A program made the position numbers and the translations under genes. A stretch of 63,620 nt of DNA, the filler included, from Choristocarpus tenellus KU-1152 (Eukaryota > Protista > Phaeophyceae), in assembly GCA_964200185.2 (NCBI GenBank). It is 16 parts of 16 records of this genome, joined end to end, with 100 filler letters (N's around TTAATTAATTAA, not from the genome) between each part and the next. Parts side by side here need not be neighbours in the genome. Positions count along the whole stretch, not along the records: positions 20,889 to 30,644 come from CAXNAD020003421.1; positions 30,745 to 33,395 come from CAXNAD020025950.1; positions 33,496 to 38,507 come from CAXNAD020012168.1; 13 more parts are not named here. The stretch is one strand, 5' to 3'. Shown here one piece after another: positions 23,473 to 35,256 of this stretch (within the stretch, counting starts at the first letter, position 1; every line of letters begins with the position of its first letter). The notes beneath the pieces are model-generated. The model was not told where the DNA came from, made no database searches, and was given only the letters and a program-made list of their open reading frames with translations.

Positions 23473-24899
23473 CTTGGGTCTACTGGTACTTGACGAGAAG
23501 CATTGTTAACATCCATCGAATGTCTGTGCCGCACCTGTATTCTCGAGTCCAAATTCCCACCCCTAGTCAGGGATCAACCCATTGCTAAAACATTGTTCAT
23601 GCACCATCCCCAGCAGTTCCTTGCGTAATCTGATAGAAACTAGTCTGGATGGGTTCCGTAAGGTCTAGAACGTGTAACGTGCATGTATTAGTCTAGATCA
23701 GTCATCGCTGCTAGTGAGTTGACTAGGGCGTGAGACATTTATAGTCACATATGTACTTAGGATCAGCAAAGTGCGCATTTGTCTGAGATGTTTCAGGGAT
23801 TCGTCTAAACAATCCACATCTCCCTAGACGATTATAGATAATAAAAATATATGTATTAATTAACATTGAGGGGAATGTAGCATATTGCTCATATATCTTC
23901 TTTTCAATTTAAACACATCCATTTCCACTCCTTGTTCAACTCGAAACTATTGGAGACGTTCATGCCATACCATTGTATCTGGTTAACCCCCCTATGGTTC
24001 CCTGAATCTCCCCCACCCGCCCCTTTTTATTGACTTGAACTGATTATCCCATTATTGGGCGCTATACATTTTTTTAAATATCACTTTCATTCATTGTGGT
24101 GACTACTTGTTAATGTTCTTAGAAAGGGTGTTAACAAAACTTCCTTAAACCGTAACACATCTTGTCCCCAATCCTGACTTTCTCTGCCATCAAGCAATCT
24201 AGAGCCCTAAAATGTAAATTACCATGGTAAACAGTAACCCTCTACTCACGGGTTATCTGAAGTTTGTACGCACAGTGGTGCAGTAGCTGCGGCTAATCAT
24301 TCCCCTCCCCCCCCTCTTTACATTGGTGTGTCCTTCTTCTCCCGCACCTTTTCCAAATCTGATATCTCGCCCATTCCATTTCTTTAACTCCATCAAATAT
24401 CATTATTGACAATATCACCGACCATACGTCCCCAATTCTTAATTTCTTGGTGTTCACTACACCAAAACTTCCTACCTACCAAATGTCTTCATCCAGTACT
24501 CTGAAATATCTATGCATGTTTTCTTATTTTGTTTTTATATCGCAGTATCTCCCCACTTGTAGCTACGCTGCATAAATTCTATGATTATTTGTATTGACAT
24601 AACCATTGATTAACAGGGTGCCTATGCCTAATAATGTCCCTCTAGTAGCCTCGTACCTTCCACGCGCGACCCTTTGTCGGACTGGTCCCCTCTATATCAT
24701 CCTACAATAAGCCCTCGCTGTTCGATTTTTCGAAATGTATGGATTTGGGTGAACTATATAGGCAGTGGAAAAATAACTACCCACAGACTCTATTACAGAT
24801 CGATTTAGACCTGATTTCTGCCCCAGTTCTTCATTCCCAGCGATGTCTAACCTACAGTCACTCTGCAAGATTGTCTCAGGCACACTACTCCTACCCTGA

Positions 24900-25079
24900 G
24901 ACCTAAAGTATCTGTGGGGGGGGGGTCTACACCAGAGTGTGTCCATTTGGACCAAACCAGGAAAACTGCACTTTCATTATCCATCCAACGCATGGAGCCA
25001 AATAACCAAAATATCACGACATGAAAAAATTGTCCCCAAATGAACAGCCGCCACCCCCCCCCCCCAGATACTTTGAGCC
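24900..25079. mobile_element. MITE family A, complete (180 bp), TSD TGA
   Basis: tga|GACCTAAAGTATCT ... AGATACTTTGAGCC|tga. Confidence 0.9.
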
Positions 25080-27069
25080 TGACCAAATATCTTTTATTTT
25101 TCGTTGACTCCATGGAAAAACATATTTGTGACATAAATGGTGCACTCTACTACTCGTCCCCGCCTACCTCTTAGACTGTAACTCCGGCATGGCGCTCAAC
25201 CCTTTTCCATACTGCTGTGCGTACCCACTTATAAAGTATTAGCATATATAACCTGCAGTATTAACCACATGCTCCCACCTCTGCCAGGACCAATAGCTTC
25301 AGAACTGGGCCGATTCATCACATAACGCATGTGTCTTGTTTCATTCCACCAAAACCTCGTAGTCAGTCCTTCATTATTTCTTCCTCTATAGATTTTTCCC
25401 CGCATACCCCTTGCACTGTGTCTGAATCTAGACCCAATTCACCACCTATGCCCCATTCCTACCCTACACCTATTTACAATGTTTTTCATCGTCACAGTCA
25501 TCATCCCTCTTGCCTAGTGAGCTTTTCCCTACTATTTATATATCTGGTTCTCAAGCATCCCCGCCTTTCCCATAGGGCTTTTCTCTCTTTCAACTGTAGG
25601 AAAGATTACTCAGGTTCTGTCTTGATCTATTCCGGCGAAAGCTTGCTCGGAGGTTGTCTTGTTCTAGCCCCCCTCGTCCTGTATCACCAGCCCTAGGTAT
25701 TCTTTTCAATACTGACCATTCCTTCTTCCCTTGTGCCTTCATCTACCCCTTATTTCTTTAACTTCTCTCCACCCTCTCCTAGCCACTCAGTACTTTACTC
25801 TTCGTTCACTCTCTTACCAATTATTATTTTTCTCCCTGTCCTCTCCCTTCCTCTGTACCCTCCTCCAACCAGAATTCCTCCGCCCACAATACTCAGATTA
25901 CTTCATAAACGTTTTCCTTTTAGGTCTCTGACATTGATGAGGATAATAAGTGTGATCATATACATTTGCGCGCGTAATCTTTTGCGATTGAGGGCAGGTC
26001 AGTGACGTGGTGTGGGTCAGACGCACGAATGGCACGCGGTAACCCCGACATGAATGGTGGATTCAAACGAGCAAAGTCGAGATTGTGTTTTCTGTTCTGA
26101 CTGGTCACAACCAATCACATTGAAGATTGACCCACATGCCACTCTGAGGCTGTCAACATACACCCAGCATGCCTCAGTTTCATCTTTCACTTCCTTTCTG
26201 AACCTCATCTCTGGTGGTTCTCATCACCCCTCATCACACAGAACTAGGCCCCTTAACAGTGGTACTCGTACTGATCTGTGTTGGGGGGTCAACAGCGATG
26301 TAGGGCTACGCCACAAGGGCGGACAAGAAGGAAGTGCTACCAACTCAAAATGTTGTTGATCATGGTCAGAAAGAAGAGATGACTTCGAGAAATAGAGCAC
26401 CATCATGGAAGTGTAGGTGGAGAGGAAGGATAATCCAATATCCCGAAATATACAGATCCTGAGCACCGTCAAAAGCGCCAATACATCCTTGGCGGTTCGC
26501 TTGAACAAGATGGCTGTGTCCAATGCCTGCATGGCACTTTAACGTAACCCAGACCAGACCCTGTATCAAGCGTCGGTCGAAGATGACGAATATAAGAAGG
26601 GACGGAAGCTCGATACCCACAACAAGTTCCTTCATTCAACCCGGAGTTGTCGCTTATGTCTAACACAGTTTTGGACTTGGAGAGTGTGGAGGTCACAGCA
26701 TCACTGCTACGACCCTGTCAAGGAAAAACCAGCAAGATAAGTTGAGTATATTGTCCCACCCTACCTCGACCACATTCCCTGGGGCTAGTTACTTGATCCC
26801 TTGATCATGGTACATCTTTCTCACAAAGACTTACCCCCATGAGTTCTGGAGCACAGGATTTGTCCTACTTCCCTGTTCCCAAATTTCAAGAATGGGTTAC
26901 ACCTTTCCCTCATGCATATCTGCAACAACCACAAAGAGCATTCGATTGCCCGACTTTTATCGGTGATCAAAGCACGTGCTGCCCTGTCAGAAATATCTAC
27001 TATTCCTCCCATGAACTCCTGCAGGAAAACATAGAAACGTCGGAGTAACCATGAATATGAGAGGATTGG

Positions 27070-27298
27070 TATCAGTTAAGAGTGAGCCATTTCTTGTCAT
27101 ATGTACCGTTTTTATTTTTATTTTAGTTTATAGACGCTGCAATATATCTGAGAACTGTTGCATACATTCCCAAGTTAGAGATCTTGCTCTGTAACTTCTA
27201 GCAAATCGGAGTTACCGCTTTTGGGGTTCCACATGCGCGTACACTGCTCGCGCTGAATAAAACGTGGGAAGAAATACTTGGACTGTTTGCCTGTAACG
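27070..27298 (-). mobile_element. LTR family B 5' half
   Basis: Reverse complement CGTTACAGGCAAACAGTCCAAGTATTTCTTCCCACG...GCGCGAGCAGTG...TAACTTGGGAATGTAT matches the sequence starting at 42890. Confidence 0.75.
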
Positions 27299-29026
27299 TA
27301 TAATTTACGTCATGAGAGATTTCGTCAAGGAGTTACTGAAATACTGCGCAGTATGTCAAAGAATGTGCAATGTGCGAAGACACTGTCTCCAAGGTTGGCA
27401 ATACCTTGGTAGTAGGTTGATGGGGCAGAACTACTTCTATATTGTCGTTGTATGGGATGATTGGGCAAGGTGGCAATGTACGAAGAACAGTGCACAGGAC
27501 CTCACAAGAAGACAAAGGATTTTCATTGGTTGTGTAGCGAGATAGGGGTAGGAAAAATGATGACATATGATTGACAATACTACTACTACAGTGTGTTACT
27601 ATAAGTATTATTTATTGATGACAGCACTTTAGACATGCCCACATGGTCAACAAGAAGGTAACAAAGTGAATGAGGTGTTGGATGAGGGGAATAACTGGCG
27701 TGTGTAGACAAGAGGGGATGAGATTTCAGAAGAGTGCAACGGAGTATTAGACTGAGAAAGGTTATGGATGGTACTACTACTAAGAAATCAGTGAATGGGA
27801 GTTACATTGTGCGTGTGGAACCATCCGGGATGTTGTCAGTTGCCGAAATGTGTGGAGTGAAACCGATTTAGTAGCACTTAGTTGCGGTCTTCAAAATGTG
27901 TAACAAACAGGAGGGAAACATGAACAATGCTTATCGAATATCCTGAAGACCACGATAATGGTACGTGATTTGAAGTCCTGCATCACGTGGTGGAGTACCT
28001 AGTTTCCTTGAATGCAATCGCAAATGAAAAGTATTTTGTATAGAGTATTATCTTTCAGTACCATCAAGATTCCACGTCCATAAGCGTAATAATATAAAGT
28101 ACATACATGTTGAAGTGTAGTTTAGCCTAAATCAATCGTGAAGAGTATTTTTGTACATGTAGTGTGCCTATTGATAGGAGGTGGAAACCACTCACACTCT
28201 CTGATATCCCAGTCGACTCCTATCTTATGACTGCGATTGTGTGTGAAGCATGCAATTTGCGAAATAGGGTCATAATGGAGAACTAAGTAAGAAATTGGTA
28301 GACTTTTCAACATGTAGCTTGAAGGGGAGAAAAATGGAGTTGAACAGTATTATTATAGCGGGAAGGTGTGGAAAGCCGTTTATTGGTAGTATTGTGTATG
28401 CTTCTATAATTCGAAGCAATAATATATTTGGACTCATACCCACCTCGACTACTTTTCCAGGATGAAGTAACCGACTGTGATGCATGTAAGGCATATTCAT
28501 CTGTGAAGGGTTACATTTGAGCTTTAATGAGTTGCAAATAGTGAGCGATAGTAGCACGCAGTGGACAGTAAACAAACGCCCGCTTTGTGTAGTAACCAGG
28601 AACAATACGAAAAAAAGCACCCTAACACACCCCAACATAATATCGCGTTTCAAGTATGTGTGGTAATTACTATAAAATAACGTTACTTGATTGCGGTGTT
28701 TCTTCCAGATTATAATTTTCGCATGACATTGTTGAAAAGAGGAATAGTACTGTTTTTGGTGAAATGAAATACATCCTTTGACAAGAGATCGAACCTTCTG
28801 TGAGAAGGGTCCGCACAATAGACAATTTAGTGTTTTCCACTCTCCTCCTGGCAATAATGCACCGAGAAAATTTCCAGGTGCACTGTATGTCACAGCCAAT
28901 GGGTCTTAGTGGCGGTTTTATAAATATCCTTATGAGCTTGAAGTCCTATCTATATATTATATTTTATGCTTCTTGACTATTTCCGCATTATTTGAGTCAT
29001 TGTGAGATAATTCTTTGCCCATGTCT

Positions 29027-29201
29027 GGACAAAAGTATCTGGGAGGGGGGGTCTACATCAGGGTGTCCATTTGGTCCAAAATCAGGAAAAAGAGCATTTA
29101 CATTATTCATCCGATGTATGCAACCGAATCACCCCAAAATCGCGATATGAAAAAATTGACCCCAAATGGACAGCCGCCACCCCCCCCAGATACTTTGAGC
29201 C
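29027..29201. mobile_element. MITE family A, complete (175 bp), TSD TCT
   Basis: tct|GGACAAAAGTATCT ... AGATACTTTGAGCC|tct. Confidence 0.9.
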
Positions 29202-30744
29202 TCTCAGTCCTATTTATACCTCACTCAAGTGATGAAGCGAGTAATCAAAGCGAGAGATCCAGCACATGTGGTGATACTTTCTTTGTGATGTAGTTATTGC
29301 ACCTCATCATCGGCCTGTGGACTGATCTACTACGTATGAGAGGGGTCGATTTTGGTCCTACGGAGTTACAAGGCCTTCCTGGACCTTGCTTAATATATTC
29401 CTAAGAGGGTGAGACTGCAGAATAACATTTCGTATCTTACACCTTCAATCTTAGCTTTCCCCAAATCATCTTCTAACTCGCAATGTGTACTCGGTATTTC
29501 ATGGAATAGCCAGCATACCACCCCCTTGAACGTATGTTCTTTTCTCACCTGGAAGAAGTTGTCCTGCTAAGAGGGGAGTGTAGTGTTGCCAAAGGTGTTT
29601 CAGGTGAGGTGATTAGCATGTCCTCTACCTTAGTGAATCCCCTTGGGGTATGTGTATGTGTGCAGAGGAGACAAATTTCTTGGGAAGTATTCTTCTATTA
29701 TGTGTTAATCCCACTCACTTTGAAGGACAATGCATTGATTTATTTCATTCCAAGCAGACACAAACATCTGTGCTGTGCAAGCATACTTCAGCCCGAAATC
29801 TTCACACACCTTGTATATATTCTGCCACCCACTATACAAAAAAGTGGGCCTTACTTGGTGTTGTCATGAGCACCTCGAAACGAGACGATAATTCTAATAA
29901 TTGACGACATTGTAGCAAAACAGATGACGAAACAAATGCTAAATCCCATATTCAAGAGCTCCTAAAACAGGACACCAACACGAAAATAGATCAATTGCAA
30001 ATGGGCACCATTGTGCATTATATTCGAAAACCGTTCACAGTGAAATTCCTCATCAAGAGTAACCTTGACCAAAACAGCACACACAAGGAGGCAGCAAAAT
30101 ACACTGAAAACTGTGGCACAGTGATCTTACCCATCCTTACATTTTATTTCACAAGTACATATTTCACTGCCCATAGCTCTAGTGCCTTTTGTGTCCCTCT
30201 CCACTTCTACATCATCACCACTTCAAACCTTATTCCCACTCCCACATTGTTCAAGTACACTGAATTGACATTTATGTCCAGGAGAAGACTAAAGTATTAT
30301 GATCTATAGAACATTCCTGTCCTGCTTTTTCTTTGTATGCGCCTCAGCTGCAAAAGACGTCATTCTCTTGAGGGCTGGCTTCTTGTTTACAGGAGACGGT
30401 GTGGCTTGAATATCATTCACGCTCTCAAAAACGTCCTGGACAAGATGTTGCATGAGGGGCAGCAGGTCACATAGAGAGTCACATAGAGATAGTCATTTGG
30501 CAGAACAAAAACATAACAATTGATAGGATATTCTAGCTATTGTGAGCAAGGCAGTATGTCCTGTATGCATCACGCTATACGGCCTATTTCCCTTTTTTTG
30601 GGGGGGAGGGGGGGCATGTGCCTGCTTAATCTGGGAACAGATATNNNNNNNNNNNNNNNNNNNNNNNNNNNNNNNNNNNNNNNNNNNNTTAATTAATTAA
30701 NNNNNNNNNNNNNNNNNNNNNNNNNNNNNNNNNNNNNNNNNNNN

Positions 30745-30853
30745 CTACTCCAAAAAATTTTGGAGTAGGAAAATGTCAATAAGAGACCATGGAAAGCCAA
30801 GTCCCAAATGGACAAACAGGGGAAAACTCGTACCCTCTAAAATACTTTCACTC
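30745..30853. mobile_element. MITE family B end at contig start
   Basis: CCCAAATGGACAAAC...GTACCCTCTAAAATACTTTCACTC. Confidence 0.85.
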
Positions 30854-31429
30854 ATGGTGAATAATAAATATGTGTTTGTGGAGCATGAGGTATGGGGGTA
30901 AGCCCGGTCCAGGCATGTATTAATCCGTAAATTGCTGTGTATTTGTATGGTGCATGCACGTGTATTGTTGGCTGAAAATGTGAATTTTCCCCGGAGAATC
31001 GTATGGGACAGAGTCTTCTTCACACTCTTGTTTTTGCTTAGGGTTGTGTGTTCTCTCATTTGAGCTTACCCATGAAATCTTTGGTTGGATGTCGTGTACC
31101 AAGGGTGTCTCAGAGATTGAAACATCTTCAGGGAAACCTTCTGTGGGGGCCTCCTGCAACAACAAAACGTCATCTGTGAGTAATTTTGACTTTCTTTGAA
31201 GAAAATTGTTTTTCAAACTGCCACAAAGTGATGGCACAACAGGTTACGGTGATGTCAAAGGTGATCCTTCCCCTTTGTTTTTAATTGAATCCGGCACCTC
31301 ACATTGAACCAGGTCCTAGAGTTAACCCATGACCCCGTCCTGTTTGCAATCTCAATTGCTTCGGTCCTGTCCCCTTACGACATTTTTATCTGGGTTGGTC
31401 CGTGGGCTGGTCCGTCACTACTTGCTGAT

Positions 31430-31810
31430 GACCCTGAACCAATCCTGTTGAACCATACTATTTATACTATGTAGTATTCCAGAGTATAAGTTTCTGATGA
31501 GTTTTGATGAGTGATTCCCAAACTGTCTGACGGTGGTCCAGCCATGTTAAGACATATTTCATTGGTGACGGTCCATGGTCATGTCCAATTAATCTCTGGT
31601 GACCCTGGACTAGTCCTATGAAGACATGTTTCATTAGTGACAGTCTGCGATCGGGTCCAATTGATGCCTTCTGGTGACCCTGGACTCGTCCCATCAAGAT
31701 ATATTTCACTCAGGACGATCCATAGTCCGGTCTGGTTAATAGTCTCTGATGGCCCTGGACTGATCCCCCCAAGACATTTCACCTGGATCGGCCCCTGGTC
31801 CAAACCGTCA
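31430..31810. repeat. Degenerate ~73-75-bp tandem repeat (4-5 units)
   Basis: GACCCTGGACT.GTCC.AT.AAGA.AT.TTTCA recurs at ~31601, 31676 and 31751, with weaker units near 31530 and 31430. Confidence 0.75.
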
Positions 31811-33330
31811 TGGTGAAGTCCCCCTGATCGACTTTTGTGTTGCTGTAAACACATTCAGCTCATGTTCCCCATCGCTTGTTACCGAAAAATAGCAAAAAGC
31901 AGATACGATCCACTTTGCATTATTTTACTCCTGTGGTCTTAGTATAATTCTTGTTGTTGGAGGCGATAGTAATGTTTTTATTTGGACTAATTTCATTTTG
32001 TTATTACAAGTCAATCCCCGTCCTCCTATAAATTGCATAAATTTAGTGCTCTGTTCTATAATGGGAACTCCTGCTGAGAGGGTCACACATGATTGAGCAC
32101 AGCGCATGGATCTTTGGTGCCAATTCTGTTAGGTGGTGCAGTAGGCAACTAAATTTTATATTACTGTAATATAGACCTCTTTGCTCAAGGAAACGCATCT
32201 TTGTGGTCAACTGGACTATTGATTCATTGGTATTGAGACAACACATCTTGTACAACTATCGACCACGCACATTGCTTTAATCGTGAGGAGGAGAGGAGCA
32301 TTGTAAATTGCATAACGACCACATTTTTGGGGGTGGGTGGGACCTGTGTTTGTCATCCAATATGATTGCACGCTTTTTCCGAATGATATATGGCTACAGG
32401 TATCGTACCTGTTGGGTGTGACCTTTGTCATGCCATTAGGACTGCAAGCGGCGTGATCTCTTGTAATTTTCAGAATCCTGGCGAAAGATACAATATTATG
32501 AAGAAATGTATTTTGGACTACTTCGAAGAATATTATTTCCTGTAGGTGTTGTGATAGGGAGGGCAGTGCACATGAATGAAGATCCAACACAGTACAAAGA
32601 CAACAAGATTTGTATTCTGCATCGCTTGCAGATGAGGCCTGTTCAAATACACCAAGGAAGAAATGAATACCCTTCCCAGGTTTTATCCCTTTCTGAAAGC
32701 TTACAAGTTTACATATTGACACACGCATCTAGCAACATCTCACACACACGTACCTCGCAAAACTTGACAATGTAACATCTTCACCCAACTATAGCATACA
32801 TCACCTTCAATCTTAAGTCCCTCACCCATACCTCTACGTTAGTAGTAGCAGGATTTATACTGTGTTACGATCTGATTTTGTTGGGTATCCGTATCAGATT
32901 TTCTTTTATTTTTCACCTTGCATTATTTGACTACTCTGGGGTATGTAGTACAAAAACCTGAAAGCAAGAAACCATCTCCGCCCACACTACTAATAAGGAA
33001 CTATGATATGTTGTGTGTAAATAGATACAGTACTGTCTTATTTATGATAGTAGTACCTATCTCTCATCTAGTGATCAGTGATGAAGTGGTGAATATTTGT
33101 AAACAAGAAATAAATATTGTCATACTACGGCCCTTCCCTTCTGTGTATCTTTGTATATATCTGAATCGGAAAAAGTCAAAAAATAGTTTGCATTGAACAA
33201 CTTTTCTTCAAGATGCTTCTTCGTGCAGCTTTATTGAAGACGTGGGTGTTGCTGTTGCTGTCGTGCTATGTAAGGTGCGACAACAACCAAAATAGCTACA
33301 CGCAACAAACGGGGATTCATTCCCTAATAT

Positions 33331-33395
33331 GGGTCAAAGTATCTGGGGGGGGGTGTCGGCGTCCGTTTTTCACCCTTTTTTCGATTTTCACTTTT
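33331..33395. mobile_element. MITE family C end
   Basis: GGGTCAAAGTATCT, G-run, TGTCGGCGTCCGTTTTTCACC, then the contig ends. Confidence 0.8.
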
Positions 33396-33495
33396 NNNNN
33401 NNNNNNNNNNNNNNNNNNNNNNNNNNNNNNNNNNNNNNNTTAATTAATTAANNNNNNNNNNNNNNNNNNNNNNNNNNNNNNNNNNNNNNNNNNNN

Positions 33496-34800
33496 TAGAT
33501 ACCAGCTCCTCCACCATCTCCAAACCCACCAGATCCTCGTCCCCCACCCCCTGGAGCACCACGCCCTCCCCCTCCAAACGAAGGAGGACCCCCAAAGCGA
33601 GCTGGTGGTCCCCCACGCTGGGCTGTATTTGGCAACATGAGAAAGTATCGAATGGTAGAAGAGTGGTCAATGATATGGAAAAACTATGATGTAAGGGAGT
33701 CGATTGGTCGCCTGTTGGTCCCTTTCTTCTACTTGCTGACAAAAAAAGTAAACTCTATGGTCCACACCACATAAACTTGAAGTACAGAGTTAATCAGGAA
33801 AGAAAGGTCGAACAATTGGTTGCCTTGGCAGTTAATGCAATACTCGCTGATGCATCTAAACTTCTCCAGAGAGAGAGTACACTTAATCGGAAGGTTGGCC
33901 GCCAAGGAGTAGGGCTCATGTATACGGTGGTCCTTGTTAGAACATATCTTCAAGGATAACCAGCTAAAAAGACGTTTAAATTGCAATGCAGACAAAAATA
34001 TTGAAGTTACCGTAGGACCATGAAAGGCACATTTTACAGTCAAATACAAATATACTAAAACCTTAGGGTGGTTTACCTTTGCGAAGGATGGCCGCCCTTT
34101 GACCTTTAGCACCCTCTGACGCCAGCACAGGAGGGTGCCCCTTATATTTCCGCCATTGTTTGATCCTTTCAAACATCGGCGCCTTAGTAAGCATTTCTGG
34201 CACTATACAGAAAACAATCTGGTTTCCACGAATGTACAACTGGGACAGCTGGCTGGTCTTTCCTCGTTTATCCGTCTTGATGCAATCCTAGTAGATGTTA
34301 TAGGGGTCAACGGCGCAGATGGGACGACATCGGCGAAAAGGTTGCTCAAAGGAATTTTCTCGTGGACTAGACATTGGCAGTGAATCAGATATTGCATGGC
34401 ACATTTGATAATGACAACGCCCAGTTAATATGGACTATCTCACCTTCAGCACGAGATTCATGCTGTCCTCGGCCTCGTCGAGAATGCCCCTGTAGACCTC
34501 CCCACTCTTGAGTTCAACAGTAATAATTCCCCCCTCGGCATCGTGGAGAAGAATAATCGGCATGCCAATCCCAGCATTTCCAGTCACAGACACTGGGGAA
34601 AGGAATGGCAACGGCGTGTGGGAGCTAAGGGTTGTGGTACCGGGTGGGTGTCTTTCAGCGACGATGGTGGCATTCACTCTGCACGTATTGCCAACAGTAG
34701 GCCATGGTAACCCCTAACAACTTCAAATGTACAAGAAAGTGCTACTAATGATACAGAAAATCTCTGCAGCAGGGCACACTTCGCTCGTCCCCCACTCACT
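33496..34800 (-). CDS. SNRPD3: Small nuclear ribonucleoprotein Sm D3; exons 34800 (A of ATG), 34592-34444, 34287-34077, 33622-33496 (3' end cut)
   Basis: [50 protein letters not shown]|[39 protein letters not shown]...AAILRK|AQRGGPP...GGRG. It has the SmD3 Sm1 and Sm2 motifs, the P.ML..APMF signature and an RG-rich tail. Splice phases are consistent. Confidence 0.93.
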
Positions 34801-35256
34801 ATTTGGAGTGCAGGTTGCAAGATTGAGTACCCAGAATTTGGAGCACCTCGGACAACGAGCGCCTGCCCAACGAGATTTGGTATACGTTTAAAATTCAAGA
34901 AGAAATCAGACGAAGGAGAGACACAAAGAAGGACTTCTGCCAACTGAACCCCCTTTGCCAGGAGAAGGCTGCCTTGATTTCAACCCACCCTTTGATCCAC
35001 CTTCCCTCAAAAACAATGATATGTGATATCGCACAACGATACATATCGATTGCGATATTTATAGTGGTCCTCTGAAGAAGCACGTTCAGCAATAACTCTC
35101 TATTTTGGTCGTTCACCAAGACATACTAAGGAACCCACACACTTCCATTGCTGCACAGGTATTGGACGTCCGCCTGGCTGCGAATTCGGAAGAGAGGTGG
35201 CCAAAGATCTTATAGGTAAAGACGAAGTCCACGTCCCTTCCAACTGGTGAGACAAG
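34801..35256. promoter_or_regulatory. Putative bidirectional promoter and 5' UTRs between SmD3 and RPN6
   Basis: Only 456 bp separate the divergent start codons on the same contig. No specific motif was identified. Confidence 0.55.

Larger units (their letters stand above)
21030..23520 (-). pseudogene. DIRS-type (tyrosine-recombinase retrotransposon) RT/RNase H fossil split by three insertions
   Basis: Minus strand: MDVNNASRQVPVDP | GASRFGYCVEDFIVVGFRFQFGWKNSPGWW | ARMYVDDSILVE ... SAKKLTGWHTTQVVVGWRIDTETMAIALPDRK ... SDACFLAVGG..ETGKWWRY ... LLRGDNNSAVH ... EHVAGKRND..DAISS. These are RT motifs A, B and YxDD, followed by DIRS-type RNase H. Confidence 0.85.

Noticed and set aside
23900-26000. 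Possible LINE or DIRS methyltransferase/recombinase remnants (purine-rich minus strand)
   Set aside because: Only vague similarity and many stops. I could not read a diagnostic motif.
28270-28899. 209-aa minus-strand ORF
   Set aside because: No recognisable domain or splice support, and atypical composition.
29540-30100. Possible Sola-like transposase fragment (YKVCEDFGLK...FVSAWNE, minus strand) as MITE partner
   Set aside because: A single weak motif with no catalytic residues or TIRs. It needs a profile search.
32100-32800. Possible intron-containing KDZ-type transposase relic (WHDKGH followed by C...C, minus strand)
   Set aside because: Too degenerate to support by eye. TBLASTN/HMMER with KDZ profiles would be needed.
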